The notes: a model not told the origin generated them from the letters alone. Counted from the first letter of the stretch, positions 1 to 10,030 are shown. The stretch is 63,169 nt of DNA from a virus (IMGVR_UViG_3300009184_000047:1-63169), one strand, 5' to 3'. Numbers and translations are program-made.

Positions 1-1
1 C

Positions 2-346
2 AGATCTGGTACAACTGTAACTGTAACTAAAGTAGCTCATGGATTAAGTACAGGAGATAAAATTGGTATTCATTTTGAATCTGGTACAGGTGGTGCAGCA
101 ACTGATGGTAACTACACAATAACTAGATTAACTGCAGATACATTTACGCTTACAGATATTAATACTGGAACAATTACCGCATCACCAACAGCAGTGTATT
201 CTACAAAATGGCTATTAACTTATAATGTTTCTGCAGCTGATACATACAACAATGCTCCTATTATCCCAGGCGAAGGTGTGCGTGTAGATAATGGTGTTTA
301 TGCTTATATGGTTAACGTAGAAGCTACTCAAATATATTACGGATAA
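2..346 (+). CDS. 5'-truncated virion structural protein
   Basis: Open frame 2 from the window edge: RSGTTVTVTKVAHGLSTGD...IPGEGVRVDNGVYAYMVNVEATQIYYG*, TAA at 344-346. Thr/Gly-rich beta-type sequence. Confidence 0.75.
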   Translation, partial: RSGTTVTVTKVAHGLSTGDKIGIHFESGTGGAATDGNYTITRLTADTFTLTDINTGTITASPTAVYSTKWLLTYNVSAADTYNNAPIIPGEGVRVDNGVYAYMVNVEATQIYYG

Positions 347-349
347 TAT

Positions 350-571
350 ATGAATAATGAACGTGAATTAGCGGAACACGGTGTAGAAATTAAGCATATT
401 CAATCTGATGTAGATACTATTATGGAAGACATGGATCAGTTAAAAAAACGTCTTGATAGTATTGAAAAAACACTAGAAGAGATTAAAGGCGGCTGGAAAG
501 TATTTATCGCTATTGCTACAGTTCTTTCTGGTGTTATAAGTTGGATGGTAACTCATTGGTTAGGTAAATAA
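350..571 (+). CDS. Small coiled-coil protein with C-terminal transmembrane helix (XhlA/holin-like)
   Basis: Heptad-like N-terminus, then hydrophobic WKVFIAIATVLSGVISWMV. Confidence 0.55.
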   Translation: MNNERELAEHGVEIKHIQSDVDTIMEDMDQLKKRLDSIEKTLEEIKGGWKVFIAIATVLSGVISWMVTHWLGK

Positions 572-1095
572 TGCCAAGTAAATCTAAAGCACAACATAAA
601 CTTATGGAAGCAGTAGCTCATAACGCTAAATTTGCTAAAAAGGTTGGTATACCACAATCTGTAGGTAAGGATTTTGCAGAGGCTGACAAAGGTAAGAAGT
701 TTGCTAAAGGTGGACTTTATGCCAATATCCATGCCAAACAAAAACGTATAGCATCTGGATCTGGTGAACGTATGCGTAAGGTTGGATCAGAAGGCGCACC
801 TACAGCTAAAGACTTTAAAGACTCAGCAAAGACTGCCAAAATGAAAAAAGGTGGTGTATCTTTGTCTATTGGACGTGGTGAAAAATTGCCTGTATCTAAA
901 GGCGCTGGTTTAACAGCTAAAGGCCGTGCTAAGTATAATAGTGCAACAGGATCTCATTTAAAAGCTCCACAACCACAAGGTGGCGCTCGTAAAAGATCAT
1001 TTTGTGCAAGAATGTCTGGTATGTCTGGGCCTATGAAAGATGAACAAGGCAGACCTACTAGAAAAGCAGCTTCTCTCAAACGTTGGAAATGTTAA
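571..1095 (+). CDS. Basic hypothetical phage protein
   Basis: 174 aa, K-rich, FAKGG and MKKGG motifs, C-terminal RKRSFCARM...SLKRWKC. Translationally coupled to the upstream gene. Confidence 0.75.
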   Translation: MPSKSKAQHKLMEAVAHNAKFAKKVGIPQSVGKDFAEADKGKKFAKGGLYANIHAKQKRIASGSGERMRKVGSEGAPTAKDFKDSAKTAKMKKGGVSLSIGRGEKLPVSKGAGLTAKGRAKYNSATGSHLKAPQPQGGARKRSFCARMSGMSGPMKDEQGRPTRKAASLKRWKC

Positions 1096-1110
1096 TTTAA
1101 GGAATATATT

Positions 1111-1509
1111 ATGAAAAAGAAATCAGTAAACCCAGCAATGGCTATGATGGCAGCACGTGCAAGACGCATTCCATCTGTTAGACCTTCTCCAATGGGTATG
1201 CCACAAGTGGCTCCTAATGCAGTAGCAACTCCTCCAGGTATGCCAGCTATGCCAGGCATGAAAAAAGGCGGAATGATGAAGTCAGATGCAAAAGAAGATA
1301 CAAAAATGGACAAAGCTCAAGACAAAGCTATGATCAAAAAAGCATTTAAACAACACGATATGCAAGAGCATAAAGGCGGCAAAGGTACTAAGTTAGCTTT
1401 ATGTAAAGGTGGCAAGGCTATGAAATATGCATCTGGTGGCAAAGCTTCTCAATTAGCTAAAGCTAATGGCATTGCTGTTCGTGGTAAAACTCGTGGAAAG
1501 ATTGTTTAA
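1111..1509 (+). CDS. Small basic protein with KKGG motifs (putative internal head protein)
   Basis: AAGGA RBS; MKKGG and YASGG motifs; ends GIAVRGKTRGKIV. Confidence 0.7.
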   Translation: MKKKSVNPAMAMMAARARRIPSVRPSPMGMPQVAPNAVATPPGMPAMPGMKKGGMMKSDAKEDTKMDKAQDKAMIKKAFKQHDMQEHKGGKGTKLALCKGGKAMKYASGGKASQLAKANGIAVRGKTRGKIV

Positions 1510-1511
1510 TC

Positions 1512-1772
1512 ATGGCAAGAGATCCTATTCAAGAAAAAGCAGATAAGTTAGATAAAGAAACAAAAGAAACTCAGGCGCAACAAAAAGCTGAGTTTGAAAA
1601 GCCTAGAAAAAATATGCCTGGAGAACCAGATCAAGGTCCATTGCCAGATATTAAAAAAGGTTTACTAAAAGGATTAGAAGTTGGCGGTGGTAAATCTTTA
1701 GGTATGAAAAAAGGTGGATCAGCTTCAGCTCGTGCAGATGGTTGTGCTATCAGAGGAAAAACAAGAGCTTAA
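1512..1772 (+). CDS. Small protein with KKGG motif, C-terminus paralogous to 1111-1509
   Basis: MKKGGSASARADGCAIRGKTRA resembles the C-terminus of the previous ORF. Confidence 0.7.
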   Translation: MARDPIQEKADKLDKETKETQAQQKAEFEKPRKNMPGEPDQGPLPDIKKGLLKGLEVGGGKSLGMKKGGSASARADGCAIRGKTRA

Positions 1773-2168
1773 ATGCCTGTAGATTACTCTAGATACGAAC
1801 CATATTGGGTAAAAGAATTTAGAAGATGTGAGCATTGGATTGAAGCAGCATTAGAATATTCACATGGCACACATGATATTAAAGATATTTTTGAATGTGT
1901 TGCTAATGGAACATTAGAATTTTGGCCTGGTAAAGAATGTGCTTTAATTAGCCAAGTCGTCCAGTACCCAAATAAGAAAATGATTCATGTATTTTTAGCT
2001 GGTGGCGATATAAGTGAAATTCAAGAAATAGAACCATATATTGTTGAGTGGGCTAAGCAACAAGGATGTTCAGCGTTATCCTTAACTGGAAGACCTGGAT
2101 GGACTAAAAGTTTTTTAAAGGATATTGGGTATCAAAATACTCAAGTTCAAATGATTAAGGAGTTTTAA
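1773..2168 (+). CDS. GNAT-fold-like virion-associated protein (paralog of 23690-24109)
   Basis: YPNKKMIHVFLAGG...GC...GRPGW pattern shared with 23690-24109. Confidence 0.6.
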   Translation: MPVDYSRYEPYWVKEFRRCEHWIEAALEYSHGTHDIKDIFECVANGTLEFWPGKECALISQVVQYPNKKMIHVFLAGGDISEIQEIEPYIVEWAKQQGCSALSLTGRPGWTKSFLKDIGYQNTQVQMIKEF

Positions 2169-2648
2169 ATGGGTGCAGCAGCTGGAATGCAGGGCGGTCA
2201 AATGAGACCACAACAACCACAACAACAACCTATGGGTGGACAACAAGCTCCACGACAAGGTAAGGGTCCTGGATTGCCTATACCACAACAACCTCAAATG
2301 GGTGGTATCAGACCTTACCAACCAGTAGGTGCCAACAATGGTCCATTTAATCAAAATCCAGTCCAACAAGTAAATCAACCACAGCAACCATTACCTATTT
2401 TTAATGGTGGTGCAAATGATTATTTTAGTGGAGCTAATATGCCACAAGGCAAAGGCCCTATTCAAATGCCACAAGGTGTTCCGCCTCAAATATTAAATGC
2501 ATTTAAAATGCAACAAATGCAAAATCCAGGAGCTAAAGGACCAGCACAAACTCAAGCGATGCAACCTATGATGCAACAACAAATGCAACCAAATACAAAT
2601 ATACAGCCAACTAATATACAGCCATTTAATATGGGTGCAATGAGATAA
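2169..2648 (+). CDS. Gln/Pro/Met-rich low-complexity protein
   Basis: GGAG RBS; 159 aa, almost no acidic residues, repeated QGKGP. Confidence 0.7.
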   Translation: MGAAAGMQGGQMRPQQPQQQPMGGQQAPRQGKGPGLPIPQQPQMGGIRPYQPVGANNGPFNQNPVQQVNQPQQPLPIFNGGANDYFSGANMPQGKGPIQMPQGVPPQILNAFKMQQMQNPGAKGPAQTQAMQPMMQQQMQPNTNIQPTNIQPFNMGAMR

Positions 2649-3400
2649 TGGGTCAATCGGCTACCCAATTAGGTCAACAAGGTTCTGATTATGGTCAATA
2701 TGGTAATCAACCCATAAGCCCAGTATCGCCTTTTGGAATGAATCTTAATACAAGTGAAAATAAACGTGTTAATGATTACAATGCTGCAACAAATATTCCA
2801 AGCCCTCAATTGCCAGCTAATATACCTAATCAAAATGCTACATGGTATCCAGGTATGTATCCAACAAATCAACCACAGTTTGGTACCAGTGCATACTCTC
2901 CACAAACATTTAATTTGCAAGGACATCCTAGCGATGGACATAATCCATTAGGTACTGGTGCTACAATACCAAATCAAGCAATGTCTAGCCAAGGTCAAAT
3001 GGTTAAACAAATGGCATCTGGCGGAATAAGTAATTTATTTTCTACTCTTATGCCTAAGACAGCAAGTGCATCAGCTAGTGATCCTGTTGTAGTAAATAGA
3101 TTCTCACCTTCTCAAGAAGCAATAACGCATCCTAGTACAGTAGCAAATAATCCAATTTTTTCTTCTTCAGGAAAAGGGTTGGGGCAATCAATTATTCCAT
3201 CATTGTATCAACAATTAAAGTTAGGCAAGGGTCCAGCAGCTACTATACCAGAAGAAGTAACTACGCCTCCAGCACCTGTAGTTCCAAGATCTATTTATCA
3301 GCCATCATATACACAATATGCACCAGTTAATAAAATAGATACTGATTCATATGGTAATCCATTATTTAATAACGGTGGCTTAACAAAGGAATTAATATGA
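2648..3400 (+). CDS. Pro/Gln/Asn/Ser-rich, probably disordered protein
   Basis: 250 aa, coupled start; MASGG, FNNGG and GKG motifs. Confidence 0.7.
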   Translation: MGQSATQLGQQGSDYGQYGNQPISPVSPFGMNLNTSENKRVNDYNAATNIPSPQLPANIPNQNATWYPGMYPTNQPQFGTSAYSPQTFNLQGHPSDGHNPLGTGATIPNQAMSSQGQMVKQMASGGISNLFSTLMPKTASASASDPVVVNRFSPSQEAITHPSTVANNPIFSSSGKGLGQSIIPSLYQQLKLGKGPAATIPEEVTTPPAPVVPRSIYQPSYTQYAPVNKIDTDSYGNPLFNNGGLTKELI

Positions 3401-3576
3401 GACCTTCACGTGGAATGGGAGATATTGCCCCATCAAAAATGCCTAAAGGCAAAAAGAAAGCCCGTAGAGATAATACTGATTTTACTCAGTATGCTAAGGG
3501 TGGAAAAGTTGCGTCTAAAGCAAAAAGTAAATCAAAATTTGCAAAGCTTGCAAAAAAACTTATGTTAGGTAAATAA
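3397..3576 (+). CDS. Small basic protein, 59 aa (not in ORF track)
   Basis: MRPSRGMGDIAPSKMPKGKKKARRDNTDFTQYAKGGKVA...; AAGGA RBS; overlaps both neighbours. Confidence 0.75.
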   Translation: MRPSRGMGDIAPSKMPKGKKKARRDNTDFTQYAKGGKVASKAKSKSKFAKLAKKLMLGK

Positions 3577-4520
3577 TGGTAGATAAAACTACAGGAACCT
3601 CCGTATTTAATCTAAACATGAACGACCTCATTGAGGAGGCGTTTGAGCGTTGTGGTTTAGAATTAAGATCTGGTTACGACTTTAAAACAGCTAGACGAAG
3701 CTTAAATCTATTAACTATAGAATGGGCTAATCGTGGCATTAATTTATGGACTATAGAAGAAGGTCAAATTCCTTTGGTCACTGGTCAAATTACTTATCCA
3801 TTGCCTGTAGATACTATTGACTTATTAAGCACTGTAGTTAGAACTGGCTCAGATACTAATCAAGTAGACATTAATATTAGCCGTATTTCAGAAGATACAT
3901 ATTCTACAATACCTAATAAGAACGCTAATGGCCGCCCTATACAGCTTTGGATTAATAGGCAATCTGGTAATACATCTACTTCTACTGTATACTTATCAGC
4001 TTCTATTAGCTCATCTGATACAACTATATCAGTAAGTAGTGTAGCAAGTCTTGCAGCTACTGGATATGTTCAAATAGATAATGAAGTTATTTTATATCAA
4101 AATATAGATAACGCTACCAATCAATTATTAAACTGTTTCCGTGGTCAAAATAATACCACTGCAGCTGCACATATAGCCACTACAAGCCCTTATAATTACT
4201 TATCCATACCATTACTACCAAATATTAATGTATGGCCTACACCGAACGCTGGCGGTGATTATACATTTGTATATTGGCGTTTAAGAAGAATTCAAGATGC
4301 TGGAACTGGCGTTGTCATTAATGACATTCCTTTCCGCTTTTTACCATGTATGGTAGCTGGATTAGCATTTTACTTAGCTCAAAAAGTTCCAGAAGTGGAT
4401 CCAAATAGAGTAGCTATGTTACAAGCTGATTATGAAAAACAATGGGATCTAGCATCTCAGGAAGATCGTGAAAAGGCACCTATTAGATTTGTGCCACGTA
4501 ATATGTTCTACACAAGGTAA
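3576..4520 (+). CDS. Putative head-tail adaptor / neck protein
   Basis: LIEEAFERCG...ARRSLNLLTIEWANRG helical N-terminus; position at the start of the tail module. Confidence 0.6.
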   Translation: MVDKTTGTSVFNLNMNDLIEEAFERCGLELRSGYDFKTARRSLNLLTIEWANRGINLWTIEEGQIPLVTGQITYPLPVDTIDLLSTVVRTGSDTNQVDINISRISEDTYSTIPNKNANGRPIQLWINRQSGNTSTSTVYLSASISSSDTTISVSSVASLAATGYVQIDNEVILYQNIDNATNQLLNCFRGQNNTTAAAHIATTSPYNYLSIPLLPNINVWPTPNAGGDYTFVYWRLRRIQDAGTGVVINDIPFRFLPCMVAGLAFYLAQKVPEVDPNRVAMLQADYEKQWDLASQEDREKAPIRFVPRNMFYTR

Positions 4521-4523
4521 GAG

Positions 4524-4958
4524 ATGCCTAATAAATATTCATCAGGTAAATATGCGATTGCTGAATGCGATCGTTGTGGTCAAAGATACAAGCTTAAAGA
4601 GCTGTCAAAAATGATCATTAAGACCAAGCTTTTTAACATTAAAGTTTGCCCAGAATGCTGGGACCCAGATCAACCACAGTTACATTTAGGTATGTATCCT
4701 GTCAATGATCCACAAGCAGTACGTGAACCAAGACCAGATGTGAGTTATAATGTAGGTGGCACAACTGGATTAATGACAAATCCATATGATACAAACGTTA
4801 ATAGTGTGGATGATGCTGGATACCCTACTGATGGTAGTAGACAGATTCAATGGGGATGGCAACCAGTAGGTGGTGCTAGTTACTTTGATACATTTTTAAC
4901 GCCTAATAACTTATTACCACAAGTTCAAATAGGCACTGTTACAATAGTTACAACTTAA
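4524..4958 (+). CDS. Zn-ribbon-containing hypothetical protein
   Basis: CDRC...CPEC motif. Confidence 0.65.
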   Translation: MPNKYSSGKYAIAECDRCGQRYKLKELSKMIIKTKLFNIKVCPECWDPDQPQLHLGMYPVNDPQAVREPRPDVSYNVGGTTGLMTNPYDTNVNSVDDAGYPTDGSRQIQWGWQPVGGASYFDTFLTPNNLLPQVQIGTVTIVTT

Positions 4959-4969
4959 GGAGAAATAAA

Positions 4970-5164
4970 ATGGCATTTAAAAAAGCAGCTGACGGTATTA
5001 CTAAACAAGGTAAAACAAAAGGCAAAAATCTAGGTGATTCAGGACCAATAGCTGGTATTCAATCTGGTAAAGGTTCTAAAGGCGCATCCTCAGTAACTTC
5101 ATTATCTATGAAGAAACTTGGACGCAATTTAGCAAGAGCAATGAATCAAAAAAAAGGTAAATAA
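4970..5164 (+). CDS. Small basic protein
   Basis: AAGGAG RBS; ADGITKQGKTKG resembles the motif in 1111-1772. Confidence 0.7.
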   Translation: MAFKKAADGITKQGKTKGKNLGDSGPIAGIQSGKGSKGASSVTSLSMKKLGRNLARAMNQKKGK

Positions 5165-5166
5165 TC

Positions 5167-5496
5167 ATGGCTAAAGAAAAATTTGCAGTTGATCCAGCAA
5201 CATCATATCCGCTAGGTCACGCTAAAGAAAATAAACCAGCTAGTGCTTATACTGGATTTGAATATCCAGAAGGTGGCGGTGATGATATTGGTGTATATAA
5301 ACAACCAATGGAAAACCCAAATGGCACACAACAAGAAGCTGTTTCTATGCCAGGTAATGGCATGAGCAAGATGAACATTTCTGTTGGTGGTGTTAGCAAA
5401 GGCAATTATGCAGATGTTAACCCATATGGTGTTAAAGAAATGCGTGGTTATGGTGCAGCAACTAAAGGCCGTAAAATTAGCGGAAAACAAGGATAA
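5167..5496 (+). CDS. Hypothetical protein
   Basis: 109 aa in-operon ORF ending MRGYGAATKGRK. Confidence 0.7.
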   Translation: MAKEKFAVDPATSYPLGHAKENKPASAYTGFEYPEGGGDDIGVYKQPMENPNGTQQEAVSMPGNGMSKMNISVGGVSKGNYADVNPYGVKEMRGYGAATKGRKISGKQG

Positions 5497-5502
5497 TTCT
5501 TA

Positions 5503-6423
5503 ATGAACTATGTTCAGCTGTATCAAACTATACAAGATTATACTGAAACTACTGAAGCTTTATTTGTAAGTAATATTCCTCGCTTTGTTAAAGAAGCAGA
5601 GGAAAGAATTTACAATTCAGTTCAAATACCTGCATTACGCAAAAATGTAACAGGTACGCTCACAGCAAGTAATCAGTATTTATCTTTACCAGATGATTGG
5701 CTATCAGCCTATTCTTTGGCAGTGATTGATGCAAGCGGAAACTATAGTTACTTATTGAATAAAGATGTTAACTATATTAGACAAGCTTTTCCTAGTCCAA
5801 CATATACTGGTCAGCCAACGCATTATGCATTGTTTGGGCCTCAATATACAAGCATTAATGAACTATCATTAATATTGGGTCCTACACCAGATAGTAGTTA
5901 TTCTGTTGAGTTACATTATTTCTTCTACCCACCTACTATTGTACAGGGTGAAATTGCTACATTTACAACACTTGTTGCTGGCTCTTTATATATTCCAGGC
6001 ACATATGCTGATGTTCCATTAACTAATGGTAATGGTAGCGGTGCTACAGCTACTATAGTTGTAGGATCACTTGGCACAGTCACATCTGTAACATTAAAAG
6101 ATGGTGGTCAATTTTATGCTGTAGGTAATGTATTAAGTGCATCAAATACATATCTTGGAAATAGTGGATCTGGATTCTCTATTACAGTCAATACAGTAAC
6201 CAACTCAGCTGGAACAAGTTGGCTTGGTGATAACTATGATCCAGTATTATTATATGGCTCATTAAGAGAAGCTATGCTATTCCAAAAACAAGAACCAGAG
6301 ATGATTAAAAATGTTGAAGACAAATACATGGAAGCTTTGTCTCAACTTAAACGTCTTGGTGATGGACTTGAGCGTGGTGATGCTTATCGTGATGGTCAAA
6401 CTAAACTTAAGGTTAGGTCATGA
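5503..6423 (+). CDS. Putative tail adaptor / tubular protein with inserted beta domain
   Basis: MNYVQL...FVKEAEERIY, PTPDSSY and WLGDNYDPVLLYGSL motifs typical of podovirus adaptor proteins. Confidence 0.6.
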   Translation: MNYVQLYQTIQDYTETTEALFVSNIPRFVKEAEERIYNSVQIPALRKNVTGTLTASNQYLSLPDDWLSAYSLAVIDASGNYSYLLNKDVNYIRQAFPSPTYTGQPTHYALFGPQYTSINELSLILGPTPDSSYSVELHYFFYPPTIVQGEIATFTTLVAGSLYIPGTYADVPLTNGNGSGATATIVVGSLGTVTSVTLKDGGQFYAVGNVLSASNTYLGNSGSGFSITVNTVTNSAGTSWLGDNYDPVLLYGSLREAMLFQKQEPEMIKNVEDKYMEALSQLKRLGDGLERGDAYRDGQTKLKVRS

Positions 6424-6842
6424 TTGTTCAAACATCTTGTACGGTATTTAAATATAACTTAATCAGTGGAGCGGAAGACTTTAATAGCCCTAGTCCATAT
6501 GTGTATAAAATAGCTTTATATACCGCTAATGCTGATTTAAACAATACTACAGTAGCTTACACAACAACAGATGAAGTTACTGGAACAGGATACACTGCTG
6601 GAGGTTTAGTACTAACTCCTAGTGTTGGGAGTGATGCTTCAAATAACACTGCTTATGTATCATTTAGCAATGTTACTTGGAGTCCTGCAAATTTTACTTG
6701 TAGGGGCGCTTTAGTTTATAATAGCACTACTGGAGCAGCCGTTTGTGTATTAAATTTTGGATCTGACAAAACAGCCACTACTAGTTTCCAAGTCCAATTT
6801 CCATCAGCAACATCAACAAGTGCAATATTAAGAATTCAATAA
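6420..6842 (+). CDS. Virion tail structural protein
   Basis: YKIALYT...EVTGTGYTAGG...VLNFGSDK; beta-rich. Confidence 0.65.
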   Translation: MIVQTSCTVFKYNLISGAEDFNSPSPYVYKIALYTANADLNNTTVAYTTTDEVTGTGYTAGGLVLTPSVGSDASNNTAYVSFSNVTWSPANFTCRGALVYNSTTGAAVCVLNFGSDKTATTSFQVQFPSATSTSAILRIQ

Positions 6843-6852
6843 GGAGAAATAT

Positions 6853-7464
6853 ATGATTAACGAAACAGGCGGCTTTGGTGACTCAGCCATAGCTACATTA
6901 AATACAAATGCTGCATCAGCAGAAGATCTTGGCGTACATGGTCATTATCATGTTGTATGCCATGACAAAGCAGGCAATCTAAAATGGGAAGAAAAGTTTC
7001 CTAACTTAGTAGTTGCAGCTGGTAAACAATTAATGCTTGATACTTTATTAAGAACATCAGGTACATATACTACAGTTGGACCATTTTTAGGTCTTACAAA
7101 AGTATCATTAACACCAGCAGCTACAGATACTATGACTACATTAGTAACTACTAATGCAGCTGAATTTATTAACTATACAGTAGGTGGTTCTGCAGTTCGT
7201 GGTACAGCAGTATTTGCAGCTTCAACATCATCAGGCTCAACACCATCAAACGTTACAACATCAACAGCTACTGCAGTTACTTACACCATTACAGGTGCAG
7301 GTGGTACAGTTTATGGTTGTTTCTTAGTAACAGGCTCTGGTGCAGTAAGCACACAAAGTTCTACTGCAGGTACATTATATAGTGAAGGTAACTTTGCAAC
7401 AGCTAAAGTAACAACAGCTGGCGATACAGTTTCAGTTACATACTCTACAACTGCAACAAGCTAA
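6853..7464 (+). CDS. Virion tail structural protein
   Basis: AAGGAG RBS; KWEEKFPNLVV; Thr-rich. Confidence 0.65.
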   Translation: MINETGGFGDSAIATLNTNAASAEDLGVHGHYHVVCHDKAGNLKWEEKFPNLVVAAGKQLMLDTLLRTSGTYTTVGPFLGLTKVSLTPAATDTMTTLVTTNAAEFINYTVGGSAVRGTAVFAASTSSGSTPSNVTTSTATAVTYTITGAGGTVYGCFLVTGSGAVSTQSSTAGTLYSEGNFATAKVTTAGDTVSVTYSTTATS

Positions 7465-7474
7465 GGAGTCCTAA

Positions 7475-9130
7475 ATGGCTCTAGCGTTAAATGATCGTGT
7501 CCAGCAACAGGGTACGGCCAATACTACAGTTAGTTTTACCTTAACTACCTCAGTTACTGGGTTTCAATCTTTTGCTGTTATTGGCAACGGAAATACGACC
7601 TATTATGGTGCAACAGACGCATCTGGTAACTGGGAAGTAGGTGTTGGTACATACTCTACAACTGGACCTACATTAACACGTACAACCATACTAGCTTCAA
7701 GTAATTCAGGTAGTGCTGTAACTTTCTCTGGCACAGTCAATGTCTTTGTTACATACCCTTCAGAAAAGTCTATTAATTATGATGCCAATGATGTAGCTAC
7801 AATTGGTTCTACATTAAGCTACTCAGATACAGGCATTATTGGTTCATTTGCTTCTACAGTTGCTGGCTATAATCAAGTTATTATTCAGAATAAAAGCTCT
7901 GCTACAAACGCTTCAGCTAATTTAAATATATCTAATGATGCATCTACAGGATCAACAGGATATGTTGAATTGGGTATTAACTCATCTGCATTTACAGGTA
8001 CAGGCTCATTTAACCTTCCAAGCGCTTCGTACTTAGCTTCTGCTTCTACTGATCTTACTATTGGTACATATGGTGCATATAATGTGCATTTTGTAACTAA
8101 CAGCAGTACTACTGATGCGATGACCATCTTTAATTCAGGTGGTGTTTCATTAGGCGGATATAGCGATCCTGGTATTGGTACTTTATATGCTAATAATGTA
8201 TATGTAGGATTTACTACAATTACAGCAGCTGCTGGCACTACAATATTAACCAATGCTTCTGCTGGCTGGCAAAATGTTGTAGGTACTACTACACAAACAA
8301 TTAGATTGCCTGTTGCTACAACGCTTTATAAAGGGTTAACATTTACTATAACCAGTAGCAGTACAGGTAATGTCACTATTACTGATAGCGCATCAGCAAC
8401 AGTAGATACAATTATTACTGGCGGTACAGCTGTTATGGTATTAACAGATAATACTACTTCCGCAGGTACATGGAAGGCTTATAGTTATATACCATCTTCA
8501 TATGATTTTAATTCTACCTCAGCTTCATTTGGTAATGCCTCAATTACCAATGCAGTATGGAATGGTACAACAATTGCATCAGGTTATGGTGGTACTGGCC
8601 TAACGACTTTTACTGCAGCTAACAATGCTATTTATTCTACATCAGCATCAGCTTTAGCGGCTGGTACTTTGCCTGCAGCAGCTGGTGGAACAAGCTTTGC
8701 TACCTATGCAACTGGCGACATTATTTATGCATCTGCCACAAACACTTTATCTAAATTAGCTGCAGGAACTAATGGATACGTATTAACATTAGCAGCTGGT
8801 GTACCTTCATGGGCAGCAGCATCATCTGGTGTTACGGTCACTAATGATACATCTACAGCTACTTCATTATATCCAACATTTACAAGTGCAACTTCTGGAT
8901 CTATTTCTGGTGTTAGTGTTACAAGTACTAAATTTACATTTGTTCCGTCTACAGGAACTTTAACTTCACCTCAACTAAGCGCATCTAATGGTCTTGTAGT
9001 TAATAGTAAAACGGTAGCAGTTAGTTATTCAATACCTTCTGGATCAAGTGCAATGAGTACTGGTCCTATTACAGTAAATAGTGGTATTGCAGTAACAGTG
9101 CCTTCAGGATCTCGCTGGGTAGTTATCTAA
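7475..9130 (+). CDS. Tail fibre / spike protein
   Basis: MALALNDRVQ...WEVGVGTY...LTRTTILASSN anchor, GGTG repeats, C-terminal GPITV...VPSGSRWVVI. Confidence 0.7.
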   Translation: MALALNDRVQQQGTANTTVSFTLTTSVTGFQSFAVIGNGNTTYYGATDASGNWEVGVGTYSTTGPTLTRTTILASSNSGSAVTFSGTVNVFVTYPSEKSINYDANDVATIGSTLSYSDTGIIGSFASTVAGYNQVIIQNKSSATNASANLNISNDASTGSTGYVELGINSSAFTGTGSFNLPSASYLASASTDLTIGTYGAYNVHFVTNSSTTDAMTIFNSGGVSLGGYSDPGIGTLYANNVYVGFTTITAAAGTTILTNASAGWQNVVGTTTQTIRLPVATTLYKGLTFTITSSSTGNVTITDSASATVDTIITGGTAVMVLTDNTTSAGTWKAYSYIPSSYDFNSTSASFGNASITNAVWNGTTIASGYGGTGLTTFTAANNAIYSTSASALAAGTLPAAAGGTSFATYATGDIIYASATNTLSKLAAGTNGYVLTLAAGVPSWAAASSGVTVTNDTSTATSLYPTFTSATSGSISGVSVTSTKFTFVPSTGTLTSPQLSASNGLVVNSKTVAVSYSIPSGSSAMSTGPITVNSGIAVTVPSGSRWVVI

Positions 9131-10030
9131 ATGTTTGGATATGCAGCATTTGCTCAACCTACATTTGCTGGATTGGGTGGTAATTCATTTTCTGCTTCCA
9201 TAACAGAAGATATTACTTTAGCTGATTCAAATACTCAGGCTTGGGCATTTGGCCAGACTATCACTGAAAATGTCACAATAGGTAATGTTGATTCACAAGC
9301 TGGACTATTCTTTGCAAGCATTGTTGAACCATTTACCATAGATGACTCAAGTACTCAATTAAGTGCTTTTGGTCAGTCCATTACAGAAGATGTGATTATG
9401 GCAGATACGCCTACTATGGTAGCAGGATTTGCATCAAGTATTACAGAAAATAGTAATTTAGCAGACTCATCTGTACAGTATTTTGCAGCATTAGAAACTC
9501 GTAATGAAGATTTTACTATGGCTGATGTAGCCTCAGTAATAGCTCAGTTAACACAGTCTATTATTGAAAATGTAAATATGGCTGATACGCCAACCATTAC
9601 AGCTCAGTTCCAGTCTTCTATTACAGAAGATATGACTATGGCAGACGCAATCAGTATTTTAGCTGATTTTGTCACAAGTCAAACTGAAGATATTACGATG
9701 GCTGATATTATTATTATAGGATCAGCCTATATATTTGTTATTGATGAAAACTTTAATAGTGATGATGCATCAACCATTATTCAGGTATTTACTGAGTCAA
9801 TAGCAGAAAATATTAATTTAGCTGATTCAGCTAGTATTGCAGCACAATTTAAGTCTGCAATTATAGAATCATTTACCGCATTAGATTTATCAGATGTGGG
9901 AGGTTGGTTAAGAATTAATGATACCCAACTTGAAGTATGGAGCAATGTTAATAATACCCAAACTACCACTTGGGCCTCAATTAATCCAGATACTTTCACC
10001 CCATGGAACAAAATTAACAATAGTCAATAG
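9131..10030 (+). CDS. Acidic tandem-repeat structural protein
   Basis: About 11-12 copies of a ~21-22-aa unit containing SITEDxxMAD. Confidence 0.65.
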   Translation: MFGYAAFAQPTFAGLGGNSFSASITEDITLADSNTQAWAFGQTITENVTIGNVDSQAGLFFASIVEPFTIDDSSTQLSAFGQSITEDVIMADTPTMVAGFASSITENSNLADSSVQYFAALETRNEDFTMADVASVIAQLTQSIIENVNMADTPTITAQFQSSITEDMTMADAISILADFVTSQTEDITMADIIIIGSAYIFVIDENFNSDDASTIIQVFTESIAENINLADSASIAAQFKSAIIESFTALDLSDVGGWLRINDTQLEVWSNVNNTQTTTWASINPDTFTPWNKINNSQ

